Source of the DNA: Octopus sinensis
Taxonomy: Eukaryota
Reading direction: 5' to 3'
Assembly: GCF_006345805.1 (NCBI RefSeq)
Contig: NC_043022.1
Span: forward strand, 5,828,001-5,892,000
DNA length: 64,000 nucleotides
The position numbers and the translations under genes were made by a program. The notes beneath the pieces were generated by a model that saw only the letters and a program-made list of their open reading frames with translations, had not been told where the DNA came from and did no database searches. Position 1 is the stretch's first letter; every line of letters starts with the position of its first letter. Shown one piece after another: positions 51,991-63,919 of this stretch.

Positions 51991-52574
51991 TATTAGTAAC
52001 ACAATCTCACAATACAGGTTGCCAACCTACCATTCAGCATTCATCAATGGGTGATTTTATTTTTTTGTGTTTGCGTTGTGTTGTTGTTTTGTTTTTGTCC
52101 TTTTCCTTGTGTCCGCCAGCACTTTGTGGCATCATTTCTTTGAATGAGATGTCTAATAAGTGTGTTCAATAATATCACTATTGACCTATTGTGGAAAATA
52201 CTATCTTAAATGGCAGTCTGGCGGTGAAGTAGGTTTGTAGTTTGTAGGTTGAAAATGCAATTTGAAGGAGAAACTAAATTTACAACTACTTCAACACTTA
52301 CAGATCTGGCCTGGAATTAAATGCAAAGAAAATATCAAAACACACAAATTACAAATCTTGTTTAAAATTTATTTCATTCATTCTTAGGTTTTTCATTGTT
52401 CAGTTCTTTTTTTTATTTTTAGATTTGAAATTAGTTTTCTTTTTTTTTAGATTTTTTTTTTAGATTTTTTTTAAAGATTTTTTTTAAAGATTTAGATTAG
52501 AAAAAAGTTGTCAGGCTGTTTGTTTGCTATTTTCTTCACTTTTTTTTACTGTTAATTCATTTTTGTAGTAAGAT

Positions 52575-53200
52575 GTTGGTTTCTCAACTCCATGGTTCCG
52601 GGTTCAGTCCCACTGCATGGCACCTTGGGCAAGTGTCTTCTACTATAACCTCAGGCATGTGTGTGTGTGTGTATGTGCGTGTGTGTGTACACCTTTCACA
52701 TCCCCCCCCCCTCAACTCAAACTCCGATGTCTTGAAAACAAGTTGCATTAGATCCTATGCAGTATTAGGTATATAAAAAGAACAGGGTGGGCATGGTCGG
52801 GGTGCTTTTGATAACAGAGGTATGTTTGAAGCTGTAACAATAAATACCTACAACAGCAATAACAACAACAACATCGTATCTACGATGCAACAGACCCATT
52901 AATATCACAATTGTGAGTGGATTTGTAGATGGAAACTGAAGGAAGCCTGTTGTATATATATATATGTGTGTGTGTGTGTATGTGTCTTTGTGTCTCTGCT
53001 TGTTCTCCACTCCCTCTTGAAAACCTATGTTGGTGCAGTTATGTCCCTGTAACTTAGCGGTTCGGCAAAAGAGACCGATAGAATAAGTGCTAGGCTTAAG
53101 AAAATAACTCCTGGGGTCAGTTTATTTGACTAGAAATTCTTCGAGGATTGGTGCCCCAGCATGGCCACAGCCTAATAACTGAAACAAGTAAAAGATAAAA
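52575..53200 (+). mobile_element. SINE family B interrupted by the duplicated 225-bp segment
   Basis: B sequence breaks after ctcaggc (~52657) and resumes at tgtgagtggattt (~52912). Confidence 0.85.
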
Positions 53201-53462
53201 AAAAAAAATGGAAAAAAAGTCTTCAAGTTCAATCCAGGCCAAAATTATTTACATGAAAGATGGCAAATACAAACTCCAAGAGAAACACCTATCTAACTGC
53301 TTGACCTGCTGGAATCAACAGTTTAATCTCCCTCAGAAGACACCCTGCTGTATTGCTAATTAAATACACCGTCCATATTGTCATCATAATCATCATCATC
53401 ATCACCACGTGTTTTTAATTTCGGCAATATTAATTTAGAGGAATTTGGTAAAATAAAAATCT

Positions 53463-53878
53463 GCGCAGGAGTGGCTGTGTGGTAAGTAGCTTGCTAACCA
53501 GCCACATGGTTCCGGGTTCAGTCCCACTGCGTGGCATCTTGGGCAAGTGTCTTCTGCTATAGCTCCGGGCCAACCAATGCCTTGTGAGTGGATTTGGTAG
53601 ACGGAAACTGAAAGAAGCCTGTCGTATATATGTGTATATATATATATATATGTGTGTGTTTGTGTGTCTGTGTTTGTCCCCCTAGCATTGCTTGACAACC
53701 GATGCTGGTGTGTTTACGTCCCCGTCACTTAGCGGTTCGGCAAAAGAGACCGATAGAATAAGTACTGGGCTTACAAAGAATAAGTCCTGGGGTCGATTTG
53801 CTCGACTAAAGGCGGTGCTCCAGCATGGCCGCAGTCAAATGACTGAAACAAGTAAAAGAGTAAAAGAGAAAAGAGAAA
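53463..53878 (+). mobile_element. SINE family B, full length, young
   Basis: Near-identical to the 1632 and 30959 copies. Confidence 0.92.
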
Positions 53879-53979
53879 GAGTTGTTGTGTACCTTAGCAC
53901 TCGATACCTTAAGCTCATCATCATCATCTTCTTCTTCGTTATCATCGTCGTCGTCATCATCATCATCATTATTATTATT

Positions 53980-54306
53980 CAAGGCAGTGAGCTGGCAGAA
54001 TCCTTAGCTTGCTGGATGAAATGCTTATCGGTATCTCATCCGTCACTGCGCTCTGAGTTCAAATTCCACCAAGGTTGACTTTGCCTTTCATCTCTTCAGG
54101 GTCTAATTAAGTACCAGTGAAACATTGGGGTCAATGTAATCGACTAATCCCTTTCCCCAAAGACCTTGTGCCCCTCAGTAGAAAGGATCATTATTATCAT
54201 TATCATCATTATTATTATCATTATCATTATTATCATTATTATTATTATTATATTATTATTATTATTATTATTTTATTATTATTATTATTTTATTATTATT
54301 GTTATT
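53980..54306 (+). mobile_element. SINE family A2 plus (ATT)n tail
   Basis: Similarity to other A copies. Confidence 0.8.
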
Positions 54307-54959
54307 AAATTTTAGGGTAGAGTTTTAATCGATTGTTATAATGATTTTTTTTTTCATTAATGACTAAAATTAATTTTATTATCTGATTTAATGTTAGCAG
54401 TTAGACTTATAGTGGGAAGTAGGGTGGTAAATAGCGCTGGGTGGTAATAGCAGGGGAGAGGGGATTAGTGCCCCCTCGTGTCTTAGTAACTCAATGAATT
54501 ACCTTTGAACATAGAATGTGCCAAGGCCATTCTTTAGACTTTTGCTAAACTCACATTCCAGAGAAACGATTAAACCTACCTCTACCTCCCTCCCTCGCTC
54601 CCTCCATCTCCGTGCAAACCCCTCACCACTACCCTAGGTATTTTCCCTCCGTCCCCCTCCCCTTTCCTCTATAACTTTTCCTCTCTTCAAAGACTTCTTT
54701 CTCCAAGTTCTTCATCTTCTTTCTACCTTCTCTTCCTCCTTCCTGTCCTCCAATCCTCCCCCCCCACCACCACCACCACTACTGGCTCTCTCCTTATCCT
54801 CCTCCCCTATCCATCTCACCTTTTCTCCCTCGTTCTCCTCCCTCCCTGCTCTTCACCATATATATGTGCATACACATGGACACACACACACACACCACAC
54901 ACACATACACATACATAAAAGTGAGAGAGAGAGAGAGAGAGAGAAAGGTTTGGCAGGAG

Positions 54960-55440
54960 GGGAGCCCAGTAACTCATTAACAGTCCTGATTAGCCTAATC
55001 AATCATGATTCCATTATGGCAACAACAGCAGCAGCAGCAGCACCAACAGCAGCAGCAGTTATTGGAACGGTGTAGATTTGTCTACCAGAGTGCAGTTGCA
55101 TTGCTTCCTTCCTGCAGCGTGATCGCAGTTGGTTTCGTTCACCAAAGAACTGAAATTATCCAAACTGCAGGAATTAACCGTCTTCTCATTAATATTTTTG
55201 TTGTATTTTTCTTAAATCATTTTCCAAAATTAATTGATTTCCTTGCATTTATTCGTTAAAAATGAATATTTCCTTTATTGAGTTTTTATTCCTGTACGTG
55301 CGATCAATTATTGTCCACCAGGCCAAACAACACCAGCTTCATTCCTGCATGGCTAATTAGATAATTAGCCAATGGACTGAGCAGTGTTGTTATTGTGTTG
55401 TGATTATTGAATTAGGCAAGGATTTGTTGCTACCTTAAGT
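54960..55440. promoter_or_regulatory. Candidate enhancer island with palindromic homeodomain (TAAT) sites
   Basis: tgattag-c-ctaatca (54987-55001) and ggctaatta-ga-taattagcc (55351-55370) in non-repeat intronic DNA; function is inferred. Confidence 0.3.
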
Positions 55441-55789
55441 TGGATTTCTAAAATAAAGAACCTCTTCTAATTCATACTTCAGTGGTTTGGGTGGAATTAA
55501 AAAGAACAGAACTCCCCGATGTGTGTGTGTGTGCATGTGTGTGTTTGTTTGTACACACACACACACACACACGCACCTGTACTTCGGTTCCAATCCAATG
55601 CAAATTATGGATCCACCATAGGGATGGTCTCAGGTGTGGCATTTGCATAAAAGGAGAACACAGGTGGAGTTTAAAGTTTCCCAACAGTCGTTTCAGCAGC
55701 CTGTCTCTGTTGATGAGTAGTTTCACATCAGTCCTTAGCCTGCAGCCATTCAGGGGCCACTGCTTTGCAGGGGTTTAGTCAAACAAACT

Positions 55790-56325
55790 GGTGATCCCAG
55801 TACTTTTTTTTTTTAATCAAAAAGTCTGGTGGTTATTCTGTCAGTCTCATTTTGCTGAATTGCTAACTTACGGGGATGGAGACAGACCCAGGTGTCATGT
55901 GATGGGACACAAACACACACACACACACCACACAGATAGATAGATAGACAGACAGACAGATTGATAGATAAAGACAGATAAATAGATAGATATCGATCGA
56001 TAGATAGATAGATTGACAGACAGACATAGATAGTATAGATAGATAGACAGATAGATATAGAGATAGATAAATAGAGAGAGAGAGAGAGAGAGAGATTGAT
56101 GGATAAACAGACAGACAGAGAGACTGATGGACAGATAGATAGATAGATACATAGATAGATAGACAGACAGGCAGGTAGACAGACAGATGGACTGATAGCT
56201 AGATGACAGTCTTCTTTCAGTTTCCGTTGACCACATCCACTCACAACAAAGCTTCGGTCAGTCCAAGGCTGAGGCAAAAAAGCAATTGGGAAGCAGACAC
56301 CTGACCACACAGCCACACCTGTGCC
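55790..56325 (-). mobile_element. SINE family B with the internal microsatellite expanded to (GATA)n
   Basis: 3' half 55790-55915, GATA tract, 5' half 56205-56325. Confidence 0.7.
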
Positions 56326-56449
56326 TTTCTTCTTTTTTTGCAAAGATGGAGGAGAGCATTGTTTGAAGTAGATCTGGCTGCTAGTTCTAGCACGTCAAAT
56401 GTTTATATAAAAACTCCAGTTAACAAGCTCCATGTGTGTGTGTGTGTGT

Positions 56450-56685
56450 AAGTGCACATGTGTGTGTATATGTGTGTATGTGTATGTCTTTATGTTTGTC
56501 TCCATCCTCTCCCACCGCTTGACAACTGGTGTTGGTTTGTTTACTTCCTCATAACTTAGCAGTTCAGCAAAAGAGACTGAAAGAATAAGTTAAAAAAACA
56601 AAATGGGTTCTGGGGTCAATTTGTTCAGCTATAAACCAGTGCCCCAGCATGGCCACAGTTGAGTAACTGAAACCAGTAAAAGATA
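56450..56685 (+). mobile_element. SINE family B, 3' half
   Basis: tttgtctcc...gcaaaagagactga...ccccagcatggccacag. Confidence 0.75.
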
Positions 56686-56989
56686 AACACATTGGATAAC
56701 ATAGTCCAAGGTATACTATGCCTAGTTAAAAACAATATAAATAATGGAATGGTCATGGTAGGAATGCCTTTAATCATAAGTCTTCTCAATCAGGACTGAC
56801 CCCAGCTTAAACCACAACTCATGCCTATCCCTTCCTTTTATATCTCTTTGTCCCCTGTTGCCTTCAAATTGATGAATGACCATTAGTTTGAATTAGCTCT
56901 GATTTCTTCCCTTGTGGATATGTTAGGGGTCACTTCTTGCACATACATGGACATCTCATCTCATCTTTCTCACCCACTTATTCCTATTG

Positions 56990-57270
56990 GAGGTGGTGGT
57001 CATGGAGGGCAGAGTCCTCGAGCTTTTATTAAGTCCCATCAGAAGCATCCATCTCCAGTTGATCCAAATAGATCCCCCAAGTGAACCCAACCAAGCTCAT
57101 AGATGTTATCCGACCATCTGGTTCGTGGTCTACCCTTGGTCTCCAACCCAGTGAATCTTTCCTCAGACATCCTTTCCACTTGTCTGTAGTACCATAGCTA
57201 TGATCTCTCAACTCTGAGGAGCACTAGCTCCATCTTAAGTGCCTTTCTCATCTCCATAGGTGCCGGACTC
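56990..57270 (-). mobile_element. RTE Expander/Rex3-like LINE 3' fragment
   Basis: Minus strand TGLETKGRPRTRWSDNIYELGWVHLG parallels Expander-type PTGRRPRGRPRTRWRDYISRLAWERLG. Confidence 0.65.
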
Positions 57271-57584
57271 CACAATGGCTACATACTGTCACCCCTCCTG
57301 TTCATAATCTTCATGGACAGGATTGATAAATACACAAGTAAATAAACACTCATTTTCGAAAGATTTATTTCTAGAAACAAAATAATCTTATTCGATGCAT
57401 TTAAAATCTTAATCTCAGGAACCATTTTCGATTTAAGAATTGTGTCCAATGTGTTCCACAGAGTGTCAAGAATCAGTAACTCAGCAGTGGCATTTGGTGG
57501 TTGTTGTCCTGAATGTGCTGCCACACCCAATGCCACCAAATTCCAAGCAGGGGTATAACAAAAGTTTTCCATTAAGAATTTTAC

Positions 57585-57930
57585 GTGTCACCGGCACGCC
57601 AGCCTCGCCTGGCCCCCGTGCCGGTGACACGTAAAAGCACCATCCGTTCGTGTCCGTTGCCAGCATTGCCTGGCCCCGTGCCGGTGACACGTAAAAGCGC
57701 CATCCGTTCGTGGCCGTTTGCCAGCTCTGTCTGGCACCTGTGCGGGTGGCACGTAAAAAGCACCCACTACACTCATGGAGTGGTTGGTGTTAGGAAGGGC
57801 ATCCAGCCGTAGAAACACTGCCAGATCTGACTGGGCCTGATGATGCCTTCCAGCCTCACAGACCCCAGTTGAACCGTCCAACCCATGCTAGCATGGAAAA
57901 CGGACGCTAAATGATGATGATGATGATGAT
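57585..57930 (+). mobile_element. Family D with internal tandem modules, inserted into an older repeat (57485-57985) whose antisense homologue lies at ~34480-34660
   Basis: ccgtgccggtgacacgtaaaagc.ccatccgttcgtg repeated; short gaattt duplication at the flanks. Confidence 0.75.
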
Positions 57931-58288
57931 GAATTTGCCATTTTCAATTGGTGGGGTGCACCCCCCAGAATATACGTCCCTGCCACTCAGCATGTTTCAG
58001 CAGAGATCTATTTCTCAGTCCATTCATTACAACACTTTGTTAACCTTTAACCGTCAACTGGGTTAATTTCTTCAACTAAAACAACCCTGTGTTGCCAAAG
58101 TTCTGTGGCTGGATTCCAGCTAACAACAGCAGCATATTCTTCACCTCCATAGAGGATTCCAATATACGAGTTCAATTATGTTAATGTCCAAAGTCCCCCT
58201 CATCACCCATAAAATTAATCCAGAGTTTTAAAAAAAAAATAATTAATGAATAATTGCAGTCTACATAATATTAATATTTAGACAAATT

Positions 58289-58625
58289 AAGGCAGCAAGC
58301 TTAGCAGAATGGTTAGGGTGCCAGGCAAAAGTCTTAGCGGCATTTCATCTGGCCTTTCAAGGTCAATAAAATAAGTACCTATTTCTTTATTACCCACAAG
58401 GGGCTAAACATAGAAGGAACAAACAAGGACAGACATAGGTATTAAGTCGATTACATCGACCCCAGTGCATAACTGGTACTTAATTTATCGACCCCGAAAG
58501 GATGAAAGGCAAAGTCGACCTCGGCGGAATTTGAACTCAATAAAATAAGTACCAGTCATACACTGGGGTCAATGTAACCAACTTAGTCCTCTCCTGAACT
58601 TGCTGGCCTTCTACCAAAATTTGAA
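58289..58625 (+). mobile_element. Older SINE A host interrupted by an antisense A1 insertion
   Basis: Host resumes after the duplicated tcaataaaataagtacc. Confidence 0.8.
58380..58536 (-). mobile_element. Young 5'-truncated SINE A1 inserted antisense into SINE A
   Basis: Direct repeat tcaataaaataagtacc at 58363-58379 and 58537-58553; almost identical to the insert at 28029. Confidence 0.9.
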
Positions 58626-60107
58626 ACAATATTGAGAACATATGCAAAATTATAACTGCACATTATATGCACCATTATATGCACAGGTATGTTTTATAAG
58701 CATTCCTATTCATACCTACATGTGTATATGTATATACAGGTATATATATATGTATATGTAGGTATGTATATTTAACCCGTAGTCTGCGTATATCTGAAGA
58801 TGCAACAACTGTGCACAGTATATGCATGCATGCATGCATACATACATGCACACAGACGCACGCACGCATGTGCATGAACAGAGCTAGCAATTTTCACATT
58901 CCATCACTCTTACTTTCAACACTGCCGCCGCCCAACCACCCCACCCCCCACCACCAGTTATTGATTTCTTGTTATTTATTTTCCGTCTTTCAAACGTTCC
59001 ATTCCACACTTCGCCTTTCCCCCCCCTCCCTCCCTCCTCCACCCCCTCCCTTTCACTCATCCTCACCCACCCACCACCACCACCACCGCCGCCGCCACCA
59101 CCATTCCACCGTCAACCTTTCACGTAAACAACTACTATACGTATCTCCTCGTTAACCTCATGTGACTAATTACCAACAATGGAGCTCAATTTTATTATTA
59201 ACTCAAATTTCTCAAATTCCCATTTTCAAACTGTTTTGCCAAACACTCTCTGTCGGTGCCACAGCGTTTGCCAAAAATTGGCTGCAAACGTTTCTCATAT
59301 CAGAAATCTTCCATTAAAGTTCAACCATTGAACACAACAACAACAACAGCAACAACAACGGCAACTTTAAGTCCTGCAGTTTCTGTTTGTTTATTCCTGT
59401 TTAATGTTTTTTTTTCTTCCCTTTTCACAAAATCTAAAAGAGACGTAGAAGCCACGATGAACGATGATGATGATGATTGTGATGGCAATTGTGTTTCTTG
59501 TGTAGTTTGCATTTTAACTGAAAATAAAATTCAAAGCCAAACCTGTCTGCACCTTAGCCAGGTGCTACCATTGTAATACATCCATCTATTAATTTAATTC
59601 GTTTAAATTGTTTACAAAGATGCAGTGGAGCAGTGACAAAGAGTACTTAGGTGGTGCTGTTGCCGTTTACTTAAATTGCTAACGATAAAAGGAATCTATC
59701 TAATTTTGGTTTAACTACATTTTAATTAATAATTATAATCAGGTTAAGAAGTGTATTGTAAAGTTTGCAACCAGATTTTATTTGAAAGTTCTTTAATCCA
59801 TTCTTGTAATGTTGTATAAAAGTTACAGGTGTTGTGTATGTGACTGTTCGCTTATCTTGTTGATTGGTTCCATTATGAGATGTTGGCCATACTGGAGCAC
59901 CATCTTTCAAGGTTGTTGATTGTTGTTTATAACAAACCCAGGACTTAGTTATTCTGATGTTAAGTTTATTGATCTCTATTTATCTGATGGTTGAGTCAAA
60001 TTATTTTTGGAGAGTGAATTGTCTTTAGTGATGTAAATATAATTAACACTGGTAGGAGCTTCAGTCCGCACACACACACACTGTGTGTGTGTGTGCATGA
60101 GTGGGGG

Positions 60108-60328
60108 GTTGGGGGTGAAAAGTTCCTGGCTTTAAGGGTGTCACGAAAAGCCTGGTTTGAGGCCCAACCTTCTGAGTTCTTTTACAGGGCTTAGAAAAAC
60201 TAAAGGACAAGTACAGTAAATGTGTGAATCTGGGAGGGGAATATGTTGAATGAAATCATAATTAACTGGTCCTCATCCATTTCTTTTCTTTTGCCCAAAA
60301 CCAGGAACTTTACAACATCCCCTGTGTA
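60108..60328 (+). mobile_element. Mariner-derived MITE / internal deletion derivative
   Basis: TIR-like aaagttcctggcttt / aaaaccaggaacttt; retains a transposase C-terminus GLEKLKDKYSKCVNLGGEYVE*. Confidence 0.75.
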
Positions 60329-60534
60329 TGTGTGTGTGTATGTGTGTGCGTGCATGCGTACACACACACATTTAATGGTGATTGTTGAGACAAAAATGAA
60401 TACGCATCGCCATAGTAAAGATTGATAATATATTTTCATTTTGGTTGAATCTGTCTCTTCCTTCTCTGATTTTATTGACTTTCACCTGTGCATAAATAGG
60501 GTCTTCAGGCAAATTACAGCTTGTGTGTGTGTAT

Positions 60535-60585
<51 letters not shown>

Positions 60586-60760
60586 TTCATAAGATGGTCT
60601 ACTTAATAGCTGTTAGAAATTCATGTTTCAAGTTTGAGTTAACCCATTAAGTCCCAGAGTAATTAAATTTCTGAATATTACTTTTAAATTTTTACAGATG
60701 ATTGAAAACAGGTTAAAATGAAAATAATTAATTATTAAAACTCCTTTAGAAATGGAAATA

Positions 60761-60847
60761 CCGGGTGTCCTATAAATAGGACACTGAGACAATGTGATAT
60801 AGCTTATTTAAGGTTCTCATTTAGTGTCCTATTTATAGGACAGTGGG
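60761..60847. mobile_element. Tiny palindromic MITE-like element
   Basis: tgtcctataaataggacact ... agtgtcctatttataggaca inverted arms; each arm is itself palindromic. Confidence 0.55.
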
Positions 60848-60972
60848 ACTTCAAGGGTTAATTCATGCTTCTTTTAATAATGCTCTATTCCATGGAACTA
60901 CATGACCATAATATACAGAAATTATCCAAAACAACCACCACACACACATACACACACCAATATTTAATTTTG

Positions 60973-61202
60973 ATGGCAAGCTGGCAGAAACGTTAGCACG
61001 CCAGGCGAAATGCTTAGCGGTATTTCGTCTGCCGTTACGTTCTGAGTTCAAATTCCGCCGAGGTCAACTTTGCCTTTTATCCTTTCGGGGTCGATAAATT
61101 AAGTACCAGTTACACACTGGGGTCGATGTAATCAACTTCATCTGTTTGTCTGTCCTTGTTTTTCCCCTCTGTGTTTAGCCCCTTGTGGGTAATAAAGAAA
61201 CA
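60973..61202 (+). mobile_element. SINE A1, full length, with TSD
   Basis: 14-bp TSD aatatttaattttg at 60959-60972 and 61203-61216. Confidence 0.92.
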
Positions 61203-61374
61203 AATATTTAATTTTGTGGTTCAGTACAAAGATGTCTGATCTGCGAATATTTGTTCTTTGAAAGAATCCAGTTTTGTCATTAATAAATTGCTTCGTTGTA
61301 ATTTTTTAATTTTTGTCTTCATCTCATTTGAATATATTTTACTATAATATTGATTTTTTTTCTGTCTTTTCTAG

Positions 61375-61446
61375 GTAAGTTCATCTTTGAAATTATTTTA
61401 CACTCACTTCTTTAAGTCTAAGATGTGGACAACGAGACGATCAGAG
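61375..61446 (+). other. Putative 72-nt exon starting with a donor consensus (candidate recursive-splicing exon); contains an ATG at 61423 (MWTTRRSE)
   Basis: gatttttttttctgtcttttctag|GTAAGT acceptor and GAG|gtaaaa donor; open in phase 0 (VSSSLKLFYTHFFKSKMWTTRRSE). Confidence 0.55.
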
Positions 61447-61659
61447 GTAAAACAAAATCCATTTTCATTTTATACTCCCTGAATGCAGGCATATATATAC
61501 ATGTACTTATATACATTTATATATATTACGGAGATATACTTGCATAGCAAGTGACCTGATCTGAGATCATGTGCTGGAATGAAAACAATTGCAGCATGGA
61601 AGGTGTTTATAAGCCATTTAAGAAACACACAAAAACCGTTAGATTCACTTCAACATATA

Positions 61660-61699
<40 letters not shown>

Positions 61700-61701
<2 letters not shown>

Positions 61702-61950
61702 CGTTTAAATATTTGTTGTGCAAGATTTTTTATGTGAAGTCGTGTGTTGAAACAGATATTGTTGTATTTAGGAATGGTCATTTTGCCAGTTTAGCCAATA
61801 GGAGTGTGACGAAAGAACTCTGGCCGAAATAAGATTAAGATTAATGTAAAAAATAAATAACACTGAAGCAAAGTAACACCAAATATATAGTGCGTGTGTT
61901 TTTATTGGCTAAACTGGCAAAATGACCATTCCTAAATACAACAATATATA
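61700..61950 (+). mobile_element. Second copy of the TA-flanked fold-back element
   Basis: Reverse complement of 40090-40345, with shorter mutually perfect arms. Confidence 0.88.
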
Positions 61951-62455
61951 TATATATGTATGTATGTATATATGTATATACATGTATATATGATATGATA
62001 TGAACTAACAGACTTGGTTTCCATAGCAGGTTTCTCTTGCGTTGCCCAACTCCATCGTTCACATTCTTTCATTTCTGTTCATTTGTAATCCCTGATCTGA
62101 AATAATATCAGCCTCCTTGCTGCTGTTAGAACTACAGACCACGCCACATGGGAGGGGGTTGCGTCTAGCGAGTGCTCAACCATATACATTTCTAACTGGT
62201 ATTTACAAGCATTTTCCTGAGATAGATCACTACTGTTCACAGGTTCTGAAATCTACACTGTACGTGTGTGTATTTTTGAGAGAGAGAGACAGAGACAGAG
62301 ATGATGGGAGAAAGAAAGATCAAGAGAGAGAGAGAGAGAGTGAGTCGAGAGAGGGAGAGGAGAGGAAAGGTCGGTAAAATGTTGCACGTAAAGTTTCCTC
62401 TCTCTCTCTCTCTCCACACCACAACACTCTCCTTACATGCCCTCTCCTCCTTGTT

Positions 62456-62535
62456 AACTTATTTAGTTGATTCATGATAGGAACTGGATCAATATCGAAC
62501 TGGTTAGCAGATTGGCACAATCTCTGTGGGTGGGC
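62456..62535 (+). repeat. Diverged ~80-bp module, copy 1
   Basis: About 80% identical by eye to 63402-63480. Confidence 0.8.
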
Positions 62536-62964
62536 GTATGTGTGTGCGGGGGGTGGGGAGTGCATACGTGTGTGTGTTTGTTTGTGTGCATGCATGTGTA
62601 AATAGATAAGTGTGTGTGTGTGTATGCGTGCGTGTGCATGTATGTGTGTGTGTGTATGCGTGAATGTATATGAATGAATATGTCTCTGTCTTCCTCTCTC
62701 CCTCTCTTTCTCCCTTTGTCTTTCTCTCTCTCTCTCTCTCTCTCTCCCCCTCTCTCTCTACATATACATATGTGTGTGTATGTGTATATATGTGTGTGTG
62801 TGTGTGCATGTATATATATGCATGTATATAAGTGTGTGCCGGTATATGTATGTGTGTGTGTGCATGTGTATGTATGTGTGTGTGCATGTATATATGTGTG
62901 TGTGTGTGTATCTAAATGTAAATGGAGATGTACATACATGCACACACATATAAACTGTCATATA

Positions 62965-62998
<34 letters not shown>

Positions 62999-63316
62999 CA
63001 TACACACACACAAACACATATATATGTGTGTTTATATATATATACATGTACATTCACACACACACATTCACATACACACACACATATATACGCAAGCAGG
63101 TGTATAATTCCCCTGTGCATGTGTTGATGTGTTGTGGCTCTGTACGTGCAGAGTTCAAATCACAGCAAGATCAACAATGCCTATCAACCTTCCGGGGCTC
63201 AATAAAATAAAGTAGTAGTCAGGTATGCCAGGTGATTTAATTGACTGATGCTTGTATATGCGCCCCCAGGCTCTAGCGGGGGGGAGGGGGGAAGAGACAA
63301 TGGGAGAGATAGGGAC

Positions 63317-63351
<35 letters not shown>

Positions 63352-63401
63352 AGTATGGCTGTGAATGCCATAGATTTGCACACTTCCTTCCCTGCACAAC
63401 A

Positions 63402-63480
63402 AACTTATTTAGTTGCTTCGAGATATCAATGGATCAATATCAAACGGGTTAGCATATTGGGAAAACTGTGTAGGTGAGTG
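63402..63480 (+). repeat. Diverged ~80-bp module, copy 2
   Basis: aacttatttagttg...tggatcaatatc...ggttagca.attgg shared with copy 1. Confidence 0.8.
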
Positions 63481-63596
63481 TGTGTGTATGTGTGTGTGGT
63501 GGGGGGGAGGGTTGGGTGTGTATGCAGATGTAAATGCTTGTGTGTGTATATATGTATGTATGTATGTCTAGACACGTTTGTATATATATGCATAAA

Positions 63597-63638
<42 letters not shown>

Positions 63639-63712
63639 GCTCCCACAAACATATAAACAAAAATATGTATATAAATACATATGTATACATATATCTGCCT
63701 ATACACATGTGA

Positions 63713-63758
<46 letters not shown>

Positions 63759-63865
63759 GTATTTATATATATACATACATATATGTACATATATACATAC
63801 ACATATGTATATGTATGCCTATATTTATGTGTATTTATACAAATGTGTGTGTATATATACGTATG

Positions 63866-63919
<54 letters not shown>

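Noticed and set aside
55088-55112. Resemblance to miR-33 (gtgcagttgcattgc)
   Set aside because: The seed region does not match and there is no precursor hairpin.
61800-61835. Hammerhead-like gTGACGA...GAAA inside the fold-back element
   Set aside because: Core mismatch, and stems II and III cannot be formed.
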